NCBI GenBank assembly: GCA_963792875.1
Contig: CAWBXV010000003.1
Coordinates: forward strand, 32,318-96,317
Direction of reading: 5' to 3'
Length of the DNA stretch: 64,000 bases
Source of the DNA: an uncultured Gammaproteobacteria bacterium
GTDB lineage: Bacteria; Pseudomonadota; Gammaproteobacteria; Pseudomonadales; JAHEGP01
The first letter of the stretch is position 1, and every line of letters starts with the position of its first letter. The translations under genes and the position numbers were made by a program. The notes below the pieces were generated by a model. That model saw nothing but the letters and a program-made list of their open reading frames with translations, was not told the origin of the DNA and did no database searches. Of the stretch, positions 7,864-17,334 are shown one piece after another.

Positions 7864-10762
7864 CGCCAGCCTGTCCCGCCTTTCCCTCTATGTAGTGATC
7901 CTCGCCGCCCTCGCGGGGCTGTGGTCCTGTCAGAGCACGCCCACGGCGGCGCTGGACAAGCAGTGGGCGGCGGCGGCGGTCGAGGTCATCAAGAGCCCCG
8001 GCGATCAGCGCGACTACGCGACCTTTCAGCTCGCCAACGGCATGCGGGTGCTGGTGATCTCCGACCCCGACGCGGAGAAGGCCGCGGTCAGCCTCGATGT
8101 GCTGGCCGGCAGCAAGGACGACCCTCCCGGGCGCGAGGGGCTGGCGCATTTTCTTGAGCACATGCTGTTTCTGGGGACCGGCAAATACCCTGATGCCGGC
8201 GAGTATCAGGCGTTCATCGCCAGCCACGGCGGGCAGCACAACGCGTACACCGCCTTCGAGAACACCAATTACTTCTTCGATATCAATGCCGCCCAGCTGG
8301 CGCCGGCGCTGGATCGGTTCAGCCAGTTCTTCATCGATCCGCTCTTTACGGCGGCCTATGTGGAGCGGGAAAAGCATGCGGTGGAGTCGGAGTACCGCAC
8401 CCGCTTCAAGGACGATGGGCGGCGCGGTCTCGACGTCTTTACCGAGGTCATCAACCCGGACCACCCGTTCGCCGATTATGCCGTCGGCAGCCTGGATTCC
8501 CTGGCCGACCGCGAGGGCTCGCCCGTGCGGGATGAACTGCTGGCGTTCTATGCCGGACACTATTCCGCCGATGTGATGCACCTGGCAGTGCTCGGGGCCC
8601 AGCCGGTCGATGTACTGCGGGCCTTGGTGGAGCGCGCCTTTGCCGCGGTGCCCGACCGGCAGCTGGAAGTGGCGCCGATCGGCACGCCGCTGTTTACCGA
8701 GGGATCGCTGCCGGCGCAGGTGTTCATCACGCCCGAGAAGAACATGCGCCGGCTCGAGCTCACCTTCCCGGTCGCCGACAGCCTGGAGCAGTGGCGGGCC
8801 AAGCCCGTCGCCCTGTTGGGCGACATCATCGGCCACGAGGGGGAGGGCAGCCTGCTGCAATACCTCAAGGCGAGGGGATGGGCGCAGGGGCTGTCGGCGG
8901 GCGAGGGCCTGGCCTACCGGGGCGGGGCCACGTTCAATATCACCGTGGCGCTCACCGAGCAGGGCTTTGCCCAGCGCGACCAGGTGGTGACCGCGATCTT
9001 CCAGGCGATCGACCGCATCGCCGACGAGGGTATCAGCGAGCAGCGCTTCGAGGAGCAGCGCCAGATCGCCGAGCTGCGCTTCCGCTACCAGGAGAAGGCC
9101 GAGAACGTCGACTATGTCGTCGCGCTGGCCGGCGCCATGGCGCTGTATCCGCCCGCCATGCTGCTCAAGGCGCCCTTTGAATTCAGCGATTACCAGCCCC
9201 GGCTGTATCGCGACTACCTGGCGCAGCTGCGCCCCGACAATATGCTGCTGACCGTGATCGGCCCGGGTCTGGCCACCGACCGCGTGTCAGCGCTGTATCA
9301 GACGCCCTATGCCCTGGCGCCGCTCAGCGAGCAGCAGCTCGACCGCTGGCGGCACGCCGGCCTCGATGCGCGCATCCGCCTGCCTGACCCCAATGCCTTT
9401 ATCCCCGCGCAGCTCGCCCGCGTAAAAAACGCCTATAGCGATGCGCGCCCGGTGCGACTGGCGAATGCTGGCGGCGTCGAGCTGTGGCACGGCGATGACG
9501 CGGCGTTCGCCCTGCCCAGAACCAGCGTCAGGCTGGCGCTGATGAGCCCCATCGCCAATGACAGCGCGCGCCACCGGGTGCTGCTGGAGCTGCTGGGGCG
9601 CATGGTCAAGGACCGTCTCAACCCCAAGTTCTATCCCGCGGCGCTGGTTGGCTTCGACGCCGAGCTTCGCGCCAACCGCCGTGGTCTGATGCTGGCCATC
9701 GACGGCTTCAGCGACAAGCAGGAGCAGCTGCTGGAGATGATCGGGGCGGAGATCGCCGCCGCCCCATGGAATGCCGCACGCTTCGGCGATATCAAGCGCG
9801 CAGCCCTGCGCGACTGGGAGAATGCCCGGCGTAAATCGCCCTACAGCTTCCTGTACGATGAGGTAAAGCACCTGCTGTATCGGCCGGACTGGAGCGACGC
9901 CGAGCTGCTCGCAGCGGCCGCGTCGGTGAGGCTGTCCGATCTCATGGCGTACCGCAGGGAGTTCCTGAGCGCGTTGCGGGCGCGCCTGCTGGTCTACGGC
10001 AGCAGCAGCCCCGAGCAGGCTCGCGGCCTGCTGTACGCGCTGGCGCCGGTGTTGCGGGGCGCCGGTGAGGACGTCGCGGTGCCGGAGGCAGGCCTCGTCG
10101 AGCTCGGCAGCCAGGAGCGCTGGCGCCACGCGGTCAGCCTGCCGCACAGCGATGCCGCGATCGCCTACTACGTGCAGGGCGATGGCGACAGCAATGAGCA
10201 GCGCGTGCGCATGGGCCTGACGGGACAGATCATCGCTACCCCTTACTATCAGTCCCTGCGCACCGACCAGCAGTTCGGCTACGTGGTCTATGCCGCGCCG
10301 ACTGTGTTTGAGCGGATGCCGGGCTTGACCTTTATCGTGCAGTCGCCGGTCGCGGATGCGGGCACTCTCTATGAGGCCACTAACCACATGCTGGCGTCGT
10401 TCAACCAGGAGGCCCAGTCGATGAGCGCCGAGACTTTCGCGCAGCACAAGGTCGCGCTGGCCAGCCAGATCAACCGGCCTCATCAGAATCTGGCGAAGGC
10501 GTCCAGCTTCCTGTGGGACGAGCTCATGCAGGGCTACGAGCGCTTCGATCGGCGCCAACAGCTCACCGCGGCGCTGGACGCGCTGACGCTCGATGAGTGG
10601 CGGGCCTTCTATGCGGCCCGCTTCGCCAGCACCCCTGGGCGTTCGCTGCTGGTGTTTCAGCCCGGGGCGCGGGAGCCGCGGCACGAGGCGCTGGCGCCAC
10701 TGCGGCCGGTGGTGGATCGCACGGATTTCCAGGCGCTGCACACGCTGCGTCACTATCCGTGA
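7853..10762 (+). CDS. M16 (insulinase/pitrilysin-like) zinc peptidase, probable lipoprotein
   Basis: Inverted zinc motif HFLEHMLF (HxxEH). About 970 aa, like protease III. The N-terminus has a lipobox-like ...LAGLWSC. The track ORF start (7571) overlaps the preceding gene in another frame, so ATG 7841 or 7853 is the likely start. Confidence 0.85.
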   Translation: MPNNASLSRLSLYVVILAALAGLWSCQSTPTAALDKQWAAAAVEVIKSPGDQRDYATFQLANGMRVLVISDPDAEKAAVSLDVLAGSKDDPPGREGLAHFLEHMLFLGTGKYPDAGEYQAFIASHGGQHNAYTAFENTNYFFDINAAQLAPALDRFSQFFIDPLFTAAYVEREKHAVESEYRTRFKDDGRRGLDVFTEVINPDHPFADYAVGSLDSLADREGSPVRDELLAFYAGHYSADVMHLAVLGAQPVDVLRALVERAFAAVPDRQLEVAPIGTPLFTEGSLPAQVFITPEKNMRRLELTFPVADSLEQWRAKPVALLGDIIGHEGEGSLLQYLKARGWAQGLSAGEGLAYRGGATFNITVALTEQGFAQRDQVVTAIFQAIDRIADEGISEQRFEEQRQIAELRFRYQEKAENVDYVVALAGAMALYPPAMLLKAPFEFSDYQPRLYRDYLAQLRPDNMLLTVIGPGLATDRVSALYQTPYALAPLSEQQLDRWRHAGLDARIRLPDPNAFIPAQLARVKNAYSDARPVRLANAGGVELWHGDDAAFALPRTSVRLALMSPIANDSARHRVLLELLGRMVKDRLNPKFYPAALVGFDAELRANRRGLMLAIDGFSDKQEQLLEMIGAEIAAAPWNAARFGDIKRAALRDWENARRKSPYSFLYDEVKHLLYRPDWSDAELLAAAASVRLSDLMAYRREFLSALRARLLVYGSSSPEQARGLLYALAPVLRGAGEDVAVPEAGLVELGSQERWRHAVSLPHSDAAIAYYVQGDGDSNEQRVRMGLTGQIIATPYYQSLRTDQQFGYVVYAAPTVFERMPGLTFIVQSPVADAGTLYEATNHMLASFNQEAQSMSAETFAQHKVALASQINRPHQNLAKASSFLWDELMQGYERFDRRQQLTAALDALTLDEWRAFYAARFASTPGRSLLVFQPGAREPRHEALAPLRPVVDRTDFQALHTLRHYP

Positions 10763-11016
10763 CGGCGAGGCGGTCGCAGCGGACCTGGGTCGCCCCCTGC
10801 AACATCGCTTAGACGAGAGCTGACTCTGTTGCTAGATTATGTAGAGAGGGAACTCATGGCGGCATGACCGGGCAGTCAGCCGGGGTGGCGTCAGCCCGGC
10901 GCGGCTGGGTCGGGGACTCTCGTTGTGCGGGAGGCCCGCCTGGCCGGCGGCATCCTGCTCCGACCGTGATGATGCATGACAGGGCCTGCCATTAAAGCGC
11001 AGCCGGGACCGGGTGA

Positions 11017-12618
11017 ATGCCACTGAACAATGCCTTAATCGTCGACGACTCCCGCACGTCGGCGGCCATTCTCGGCAAGATGCTCGCCAGGCACCAGCTT
11101 GGCAGCGACAAGGTCACCTCCGGCGAGGAGTGCCTTGCCTATCTGGTGGCATCGACGCCCGACGTCATTTTCATGGACCACATGATGCCGGGCATGGATG
11201 GCTTTCAGGCGGTCAAGGCCATCAAGCAGCAGCCGGAGCTCAGGCATATCCCCATCGTCATGTACACCTCCAAGGAGGGCGATATCTACAGCGGACAGGC
11301 GCGGGCGCTGGGTGCGGTGGGGGTACTGCAGAAGCCCGCTGCCGAGCACGATGTGGCGGAACTGCTCGAGCGCCTGCGGCACGAACAGGCGCAGCGCCTG
11401 GCGGGTTCCCGCGCAGCCAACGATTCCCAGGCCACACCGGAGGCGGCGCTGGAGCAGGGCAGGGCGGAGCTGCCCAGCTGGCTGTCGGCGCAGCCGCGGC
11501 CGCAGCCGCGCGTCGTGCCCCTGCCGCAGAAGCTGCACCGCGCGCTGATCGTCGACGACTCCCGCACGTCGGCGGCCATTCTCGGCAAGATGCTCGCCAG
11601 GCACCAGCTTGGCAGCGACAAGGTCATCTCGGGCGAGGAGTGCCTGGCTTACCTCGCCTCGGCAAATCCCGACATCATCTTCATGGATCACCTCATGCCG
11701 GGCATGGACGGCTTCGAGGCGCTCAAGGCCATCAAGCAGCAGACCAAGCTGCGCGCCATTCCCATCGTCATGTACACCTCGCAGAGCGGTGATCAGTATA
11801 TCGGGCAGGCGCGGGCACTGGGGGCGGTCGGCGTGCTGAAGAAGCCGGCGATCGATGCCGATCTGGTCGCTATCCTGGAGCGGGTCAGGCGCGACGGTGG
11901 GGGCCGCCCGGAGCGGGCTGCGGCGGTGGTATCGCCGCCTGCCGAGCGCGTGGCGGCGGTGCCAGCGGCGCCCCAGCCCGCCCCGGCCGCGCTGGCGCCG
12001 CCACGCGCCGGACAGGACGCAGCGGCAACGCCTTCACGGCGTCCGCGCTGGCACGCGCTGGTGGCGGGCGTTGTGGCGCTGCTGCTGGCCGGGGCTCTGC
12101 TGGGTTCGCTGGCCGGCCCGCGGCGGCTGGAGCCTGGGGCGCTGGTGGATGCGCTCACGCAGCTGGGCAATCAGCAGCAGGAGGTCAGCTTCGGCACCAT
12201 CCCATTCGATGACCGGCGCTATGAGATCGTCAGCGGCGTCGCCCGGCTGCTGTCGCTTGCGGGCTTGCGGGCCCGCATCGAGCTGCGCTCCCACGTCGGT
12301 GAGTTCTGCCGCGTCTACGGCGGCGACAGCGGCAGCGCGCTGCCGCCCCGGGATACGCCCATCGAGCGCTGTGAGATGATCGGCTACGAGCCCGCTGAGG
12401 CGCAGCGGATCGCGGCCGCACAGTCGCCCCGGTTCCGGGATTTCCTGGCGCAGCTGAGCGAACTGGCGCCCGGCGTCGAGCTCAGCATCGTGCCCGTCGG
12501 CATTTTTGAGCCGCGGCTGCCCTATCCGCCCGATGCCGCCATCGCCATGGCGGGCGACTGGAACGCCATCGCGGCGATGAACAATCGCGTCGAGATGCAG
12601 GTGACGCTGATCGAGTGA
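11017..12618 (+). CDS. Tandem response-regulator receiver protein (REC-REC), with a Pro/Ala linker, one TM helix and a C-terminal OmpA/MotB-like domain
   Basis: Two complete REC domains are present (DD acidic pocket, FMDHxMPGMDG phospho-acceptor, MYTS, KP). A predicted TM follows (WHALVAGVVALLLAGALLGSLAG). The C-terminus ends ...NNRVEMQVTLIE, reminiscent of the OmpA_C NRRVEI ending. Confidence 0.8.
   Translation: MPLNNALIVDDSRTSAAILGKMLARHQLGSDKVTSGEECLAYLVASTPDVIFMDHMMPGMDGFQAVKAIKQQPELRHIPIVMYTSKEGDIYSGQARALGAVGVLQKPAAEHDVAELLERLRHEQAQRLAGSRAANDSQATPEAALEQGRAELPSWLSAQPRPQPRVVPLPQKLHRALIVDDSRTSAAILGKMLARHQLGSDKVISGEECLAYLASANPDIIFMDHLMPGMDGFEALKAIKQQTKLRAIPIVMYTSQSGDQYIGQARALGAVGVLKKPAIDADLVAILERVRRDGGGRPERAAAVVSPPAERVAAVPAAPQPAPAALAPPRAGQDAAATPSRRPRWHALVAGVVALLLAGALLGSLAGPRRLEPGALVDALTQLGNQQQEVSFGTIPFDDRRYEIVSGVARLLSLAGLRARIELRSHVGEFCRVYGGDSGSALPPRDTPIERCEMIGYEPAEAQRIAAAQSPRFRDFLAQLSELAPGVELSIVPVGIFEPRLPYPPDAAIAMAGDWNAIAAMNNRVEMQVTLIE
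11038..11116 (+). repeat. Copy 1 of a 79-bp perfect direct repeat (start of REC1)
   Basis: Identical by eye to 11548-11626 (atcgtcgacgactcccgcacgtcgg...gacaaggtca). Confidence 0.9.
11548..11626 (+). repeat. Copy 2 of the 79-bp perfect direct repeat (start of REC2)
   Basis: Identical to 11038-11116 and offset by 510 bp (170 codons). The flanking REC sequence has diverged. Confidence 0.9.
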
Positions 12619-12860
12619 GGCGTGCCCCGTTTCCCTGCCCGGTGCCGCGCGCGGCGCCCCGCTTTTCTTGGTCAGGGTTAGTCTGTATGATCCAGCGCAG
12701 TGACGAAGAATCAAAGCGCGATCATCGAACGGAAATACGGGGCTGTTCACTGCCGGGAGCTATGCGCTGGTGAGTTGGCACGCGGCCTGCGGGGCAGCGC
12801 GTGCGGCGGTGCCGAAATCTCGTCCTCTGTCGAGTCAGATAACCACAATGAGGTGACCGC

Positions 12861-15515
12861 ATGCGAGAGGATATCGATCCCGTTGAAACCAGGGAGTGGC
12901 TCGAGGCCCTGGACTCGCTGCTGGCCAATGCCGGGAGCAAGCGGGCAACCGAACTGCTGATCGCACTGGGTGAACACGCCGTGGAGCTCGGCATCAAGCT
13001 GCCGTCGGCGATCACCACCCACTACCGCAACACCATCCCCCCCGAGCAGGAACAGCCCATGATGGGCGATCTGTTCATGGAGCGGCGCATCCGCTCGCTG
13101 GTGCGCTGGAATGCCCTGGCGATGGTGATGCGGGCCAACGACAACAACGAGGGCCTCGGCGGCCACCTGTCCTCCTTCTCGTCCAGCGCGCTGCTCTACG
13201 AGATGGGCTTCAACCATTTTTTTCGGGGCGACCAGGGCGATCAGCGGGGCGACCTGATCTTTTACCAGGGGCACTGCGCGCCGGGCATCTATGCGCGCTC
13301 GTTCCTCGAGGGGCGCCTCAGCGAAGAACAGCTCGACAACTTCCGCCGCGAGGTGGACGGCATCGGGCTGCCCTCCTATCCGCATCCCTGGCTGATGCCG
13401 GATTACTGGCAGTTTCCCACCGTCTCCATGGGCCTGGGGCCCATACAGGCCATCTATCAGGCGCACTTCCTGAAGTACCAGACCAAGCGCGGGCTGGTCG
13501 ACAACAGCGCGCGCAAGGTGTGGGGCTTCATGGGCGACGGCGAATCCGACGAGCCGGAGAGCCTGGGAGCCATCGCGCTGGCGGGGCGCGAGTCGCTGGA
13601 CAACCTGATCTTTGTGGTCAACTGCAATCTGCAGCGGCTCGACGGCCCGGTGCGCGGCAACGGCAAGATCGTGCAGGAGCTCGAAGGCGTATTCCGCGGC
13701 GCCGGCTGGAACGTGATCAAGGTGCTGTGGGGGCGTCGCTGGGATCCGCTGCTGGAGCGCGACAAGACCGGCCTGCTGCAGCGCCGCATGGACGAGGTCT
13801 GTGACGGCGAGCTGCAGAATTTCAAGGCCAATGGCGGGGGCTATACCCGGGAGCACTTCTTCGGCAAGTACCCGGAGCTGCTGGCACTGGTCGCGGACAT
13901 GTCCGACGACGATATCATGGCCCTCAACCGTGGCGGCCACGACCCGTACAAGCTGTATGCCGCCTACCATGCGGCGGTGAACCATCGGGGGCAGCCGACG
14001 GTCATCCTGGCCGGCACCGTCAAGGGCTACGGCATGGGATCATCCGCCGAGGCCCAGAACGAGACGCACTCCGTCAAGAAGCTCGATCTCGCGAGCCTGA
14101 AGTCGTTCCGCGACCGGTTTATGCTGCCGCTGACCGACCATGAACTGGAAAGCGTGCCCTATTACCGGCCGGCGCCGGACAGCCCCGAGATGGTCTACAT
14201 GCGCAAGCGCCGCGACGCGCTGGGTGGCTTGATCCCGCAGCGCCAGAGCGAGTTCGAGGCGCTGGAGACGCCCTCCCTGGACGTGTTCGAGGCGCAGTTG
14301 AAGGGTTCCGGCGAGCGCGCGATCTCCACCACCATGGCGTTCGTGCGCATGCTGTCCACGCTGTCCAAGGACAAGCGCATCGGCCAGCGCATCGTGCCGA
14401 TCGTGCCCGACGAGGCCAGGACCTTCGGCATGGAGGGCATGTTCCGGCAGCTCGGCATCTACTCCTCGGTAGGGCAGCGCTACACGCCCCACGACGCCGA
14501 TCAGATCATGTATTACAAGGAGGACGAGAAGGGCCAGATCCTCGAGGAGGGCATCACTGAGGCCGGCGCGACCTCGGCCTGGATCGCGGCGGCGACCTCC
14601 TACAGCGTGTCCGGCTTCCCGATGGTGCCCTTTTATATCTTTTATTCCATGTTCGGCCTGCAGCGCGTCATGGATCTGGTGTGGGCGGCCGGCGACGCCC
14701 AGGCCCGTGGTTTTCTCATGGGTGGCACCAGCGGGCGCACCACCCTGAACGGCGAGGGACTGCAGCACCAGGATGGTCACAGCCATCTGATGGCGGCGAT
14801 GATACCCAATTGCATTTCGTACGATCCGGCCTATGCCTACGAAGTGGCGGTCATCGTGCAGCATGGCCTGCAGCGGATGTATCAGGAGAAGCGCAACTGC
14901 TTTTACTACATCACGCTGATGAACGAGAACTACCCGCAGCCGAAGCTGCCCATCGGCAACGTCGAGGGCATCATCCGCGGCATGCACAAGGTGGCCGAGG
15001 GCAAGGCGGGCGCCAGCCTGCGCGTGCAGCTGATGGGCGCCGGCGCGATTCTCAACGAGGTGGTCGCCGCTGCCGGCTTGCTGCGCGACGGCTTCGGCGT
15101 CGAGGCGGATGTCTGGAGCCTGACGAGCGTCAACGAGCTGGCCCGCGATGGCCTCTCCTGTGAGCGCTGGAACCTGCTGCATCCCGAGGACGAACCCAGG
15201 ACCTGCTACCTGCAGCAACAGCTCGCTGATGCGCAGGGCGGGCCGATCATAGCCGCGACCGACTACATCAAGCCCTACACCAATCAACTCAGCCCCTTCA
15301 TGCCGCGCCGCTTTCTGGCGCTGGGCACCGACGGTTACGGCCGCAGCGATACGCGTGCCAAGTTGCGCAGCTTCTTCGAGGTCGACCGCTACCACGTCAC
15401 GGTGGCCGCGCTGAAGTCGCTGGCGGACGACGGCGCCATCGCGGCCTCGGTCGTGGCCGGGGCGCTGAAGAAGTTTGGAATCAAGTCGAATCGTCCGGAC
15501 CCGGCATTCAACTGA
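12861..15515 (+). CDS. aceE: Pyruvate dehydrogenase E1 component (homodimeric type)
   Basis: 884 aa with strong overall similarity to AceE (…GHLSSFSSSA…, GDGESDEPES…, NLIFVVNCNLQRLDGPVRGN). Confidence 0.95.
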   Translation: MREDIDPVETREWLEALDSLLANAGSKRATELLIALGEHAVELGIKLPSAITTHYRNTIPPEQEQPMMGDLFMERRIRSLVRWNALAMVMRANDNNEGLGGHLSSFSSSALLYEMGFNHFFRGDQGDQRGDLIFYQGHCAPGIYARSFLEGRLSEEQLDNFRREVDGIGLPSYPHPWLMPDYWQFPTVSMGLGPIQAIYQAHFLKYQTKRGLVDNSARKVWGFMGDGESDEPESLGAIALAGRESLDNLIFVVNCNLQRLDGPVRGNGKIVQELEGVFRGAGWNVIKVLWGRRWDPLLERDKTGLLQRRMDEVCDGELQNFKANGGGYTREHFFGKYPELLALVADMSDDDIMALNRGGHDPYKLYAAYHAAVNHRGQPTVILAGTVKGYGMGSSAEAQNETHSVKKLDLASLKSFRDRFMLPLTDHELESVPYYRPAPDSPEMVYMRKRRDALGGLIPQRQSEFEALETPSLDVFEAQLKGSGERAISTTMAFVRMLSTLSKDKRIGQRIVPIVPDEARTFGMEGMFRQLGIYSSVGQRYTPHDADQIMYYKEDEKGQILEEGITEAGATSAWIAAATSYSVSGFPMVPFYIFYSMFGLQRVMDLVWAAGDAQARGFLMGGTSGRTTLNGEGLQHQDGHSHLMAAMIPNCISYDPAYAYEVAVIVQHGLQRMYQEKRNCFYYITLMNENYPQPKLPIGNVEGIIRGMHKVAEGKAGASLRVQLMGAGAILNEVVAAAGLLRDGFGVEADVWSLTSVNELARDGLSCERWNLLHPEDEPRTCYLQQQLADAQGGPIIAATDYIKPYTNQLSPFMPRRFLALGTDGYGRSDTRAKLRSFFEVDRYHVTVAALKSLADDGAIAASVVAGALKKFGIKSNRPDPAFN

Positions 15516-15583
15516 GCCCGCCCCGGCGCGCTGGCGGCGGCCGGGGCCGTTTGATCTCGGGCAGCGATTAGAAGGGCATTGAT

Positions 15584-17244
15584 GTGGCAAGCGAAGTCAT
15601 AAAAATACCGGATCTGGGTGGCGCGTCCGACGTGGCGATCGTCGAAGTCGCGGTGTCCGTGGGCGACGAGCTGAAAGTCGACGATGTCCTCGTCGTGCTG
15701 GAGACGGACAAGGCCTCGATGGAGGTGCCCTGCCCCTTTGCCGGCAGGCTGTTGTCGCTGGCGCTCAAGGTGGGTGATCAGGTCGCGCAGGGCGATGTGG
15801 TGGGCACTATCGAGGTGGCGGATGAGGCCGGTGGCGATGCCGAGGCCTCTGCTGCGGCGCCCTCCGCACCGGCATCCGCCCCGCCCGCACCTGCACCCGC
15901 ACCTGCACCCGAACCGCAGCCCCCTGCGGCAGCCCCGGCGGGGCAGGTCGACGCGGCGCCCTCGGTGATCGACGTGCCCGTGCCCGATCTGGGGGGCGCC
16001 GACCGCGTCGATGTGATCGAGGTCGGCGTCAAGCCGGGTGACGTGATCGCCCAGGGCGATACCCTGATCGTGCTGGAGAGTGACAAGGCCTCCATGGAGG
16101 TGCCCGCGCCGGCGACGGGCAAGGTCGTGGAGGTGCGCCTGCAGGTCGGCGACAACGTCACCGAAGGCGATGTGATCCTGCGCCTGGAGCAGGTCAGCGC
16201 CGGCCGCCCGGTCAGTCCCGCGCCGGTCTCGCAGCCGGCACCCGCCGCCGTCCCGGCAGCGGCCGCGCCGTCGAAACCCGTCCAGACGGGACCAGCCCAG
16301 GCCGGGCCTATCCAGGCCGGACCTGGATCCAGGCCGGACCTGTCCAGGCCGGTCCCGTACACGCCGGGCCGGCGGTGCGCAAGCTGGCGCGCGAGTTCGG
16401 CGTCGATCTCGGGGCGCTCAGGGGCACCGGTCCCCATGCGCGCATCCTCAAGGAAGACGTGCAGGCCTGGGTCAAACAGCAGCTGCAGCGGGCTCCCGCA
16501 GGCGGCCAGGTGGCTGGCGCCGGCATCCCCTCCGTGCCCGAGGTCGATTTCGCCCAGTTCGGCCCCGTGCGCGTCGCGCCCATGAGCAAGCTGCAGCGCT
16601 TGACGGCCCAGAACATGCACCGCAGCTGGCTCAATGTGCCCAGGGTGACCCAGTTCGATGAGGTCGACATCACCGATCTCGAGGCGTTTCGCGAGGAGCA
16701 GAAGGCCCAGGGCGTCAGGCTGACGCCGCTGCCCTTCATGCTCAAGGCCTGCGCGGTCGCGCTGCGCAGCAATCCGGTATTCAACGCCTCGCTGGCGGCG
16801 GATGGTCAGAGCATCGTGTTCAAGGACTACGTGCACATCGGCATCGCCGTGGCGACGCCGGCAGGATTGATGGTGCCGGTGGTGCGCGATGTCGACCGCA
16901 AGAGCATTACCGAACTGGCCGCCGAGTCGGCCGAGCTGGCGTTGCGGGCGAAGGACAAAAAGCTCAAGCCGCAGGAGATGCAGGGCGCCTGCTTTACCAT
17001 CTCCAGCCTCGGCAATATCGGCGGCACCGGTTTCACGCCGATCGTCAACGTGCCGGAGGTTGCCATTCTCGGCGTGTCCAGGCTGGCGGTGAAGCCGGTC
17101 TGGAACGGGCAGGAGTTCGTGCCGCGCAAGCTGCTGCCGATCGCCTTGTCCTACGATCATCGCGCGGTCAACGGCGCCGATGCCGGCAAGTTCGCGACGG
17201 AAGTCGGCCTGTTGTTGTCGGATATCCGGCGCCTGCTGTTGTAG
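15584..17244 (+). CDS. aceF: Dihydrolipoamide acetyltransferase E2 (two lipoyl domains, a subunit-binding domain and a catalytic domain), split by an apparent frameshift near 16325
   Basis: ORF 15584-16585 carries two lipoyl domains (ETDKASMEVP, ESDKASMEVP). ORF 16375-17244 carries the E3/E1-binding domain (GPAVRKLAREFGVDL) and the catalytic domain (SYDHRAVNGADAGKF). The frames join inside a QAGP-repeat linker. Confidence 0.85.
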
Positions 17245-17334
17245 CGCGGACCCCCGGGGGCAGGGTCCGGGTGCCGTCTACCAGGGCCGCGCCATGAGGT
17301 GGGTCTATGATCGTGATGAAGCGAGGCGATAATT

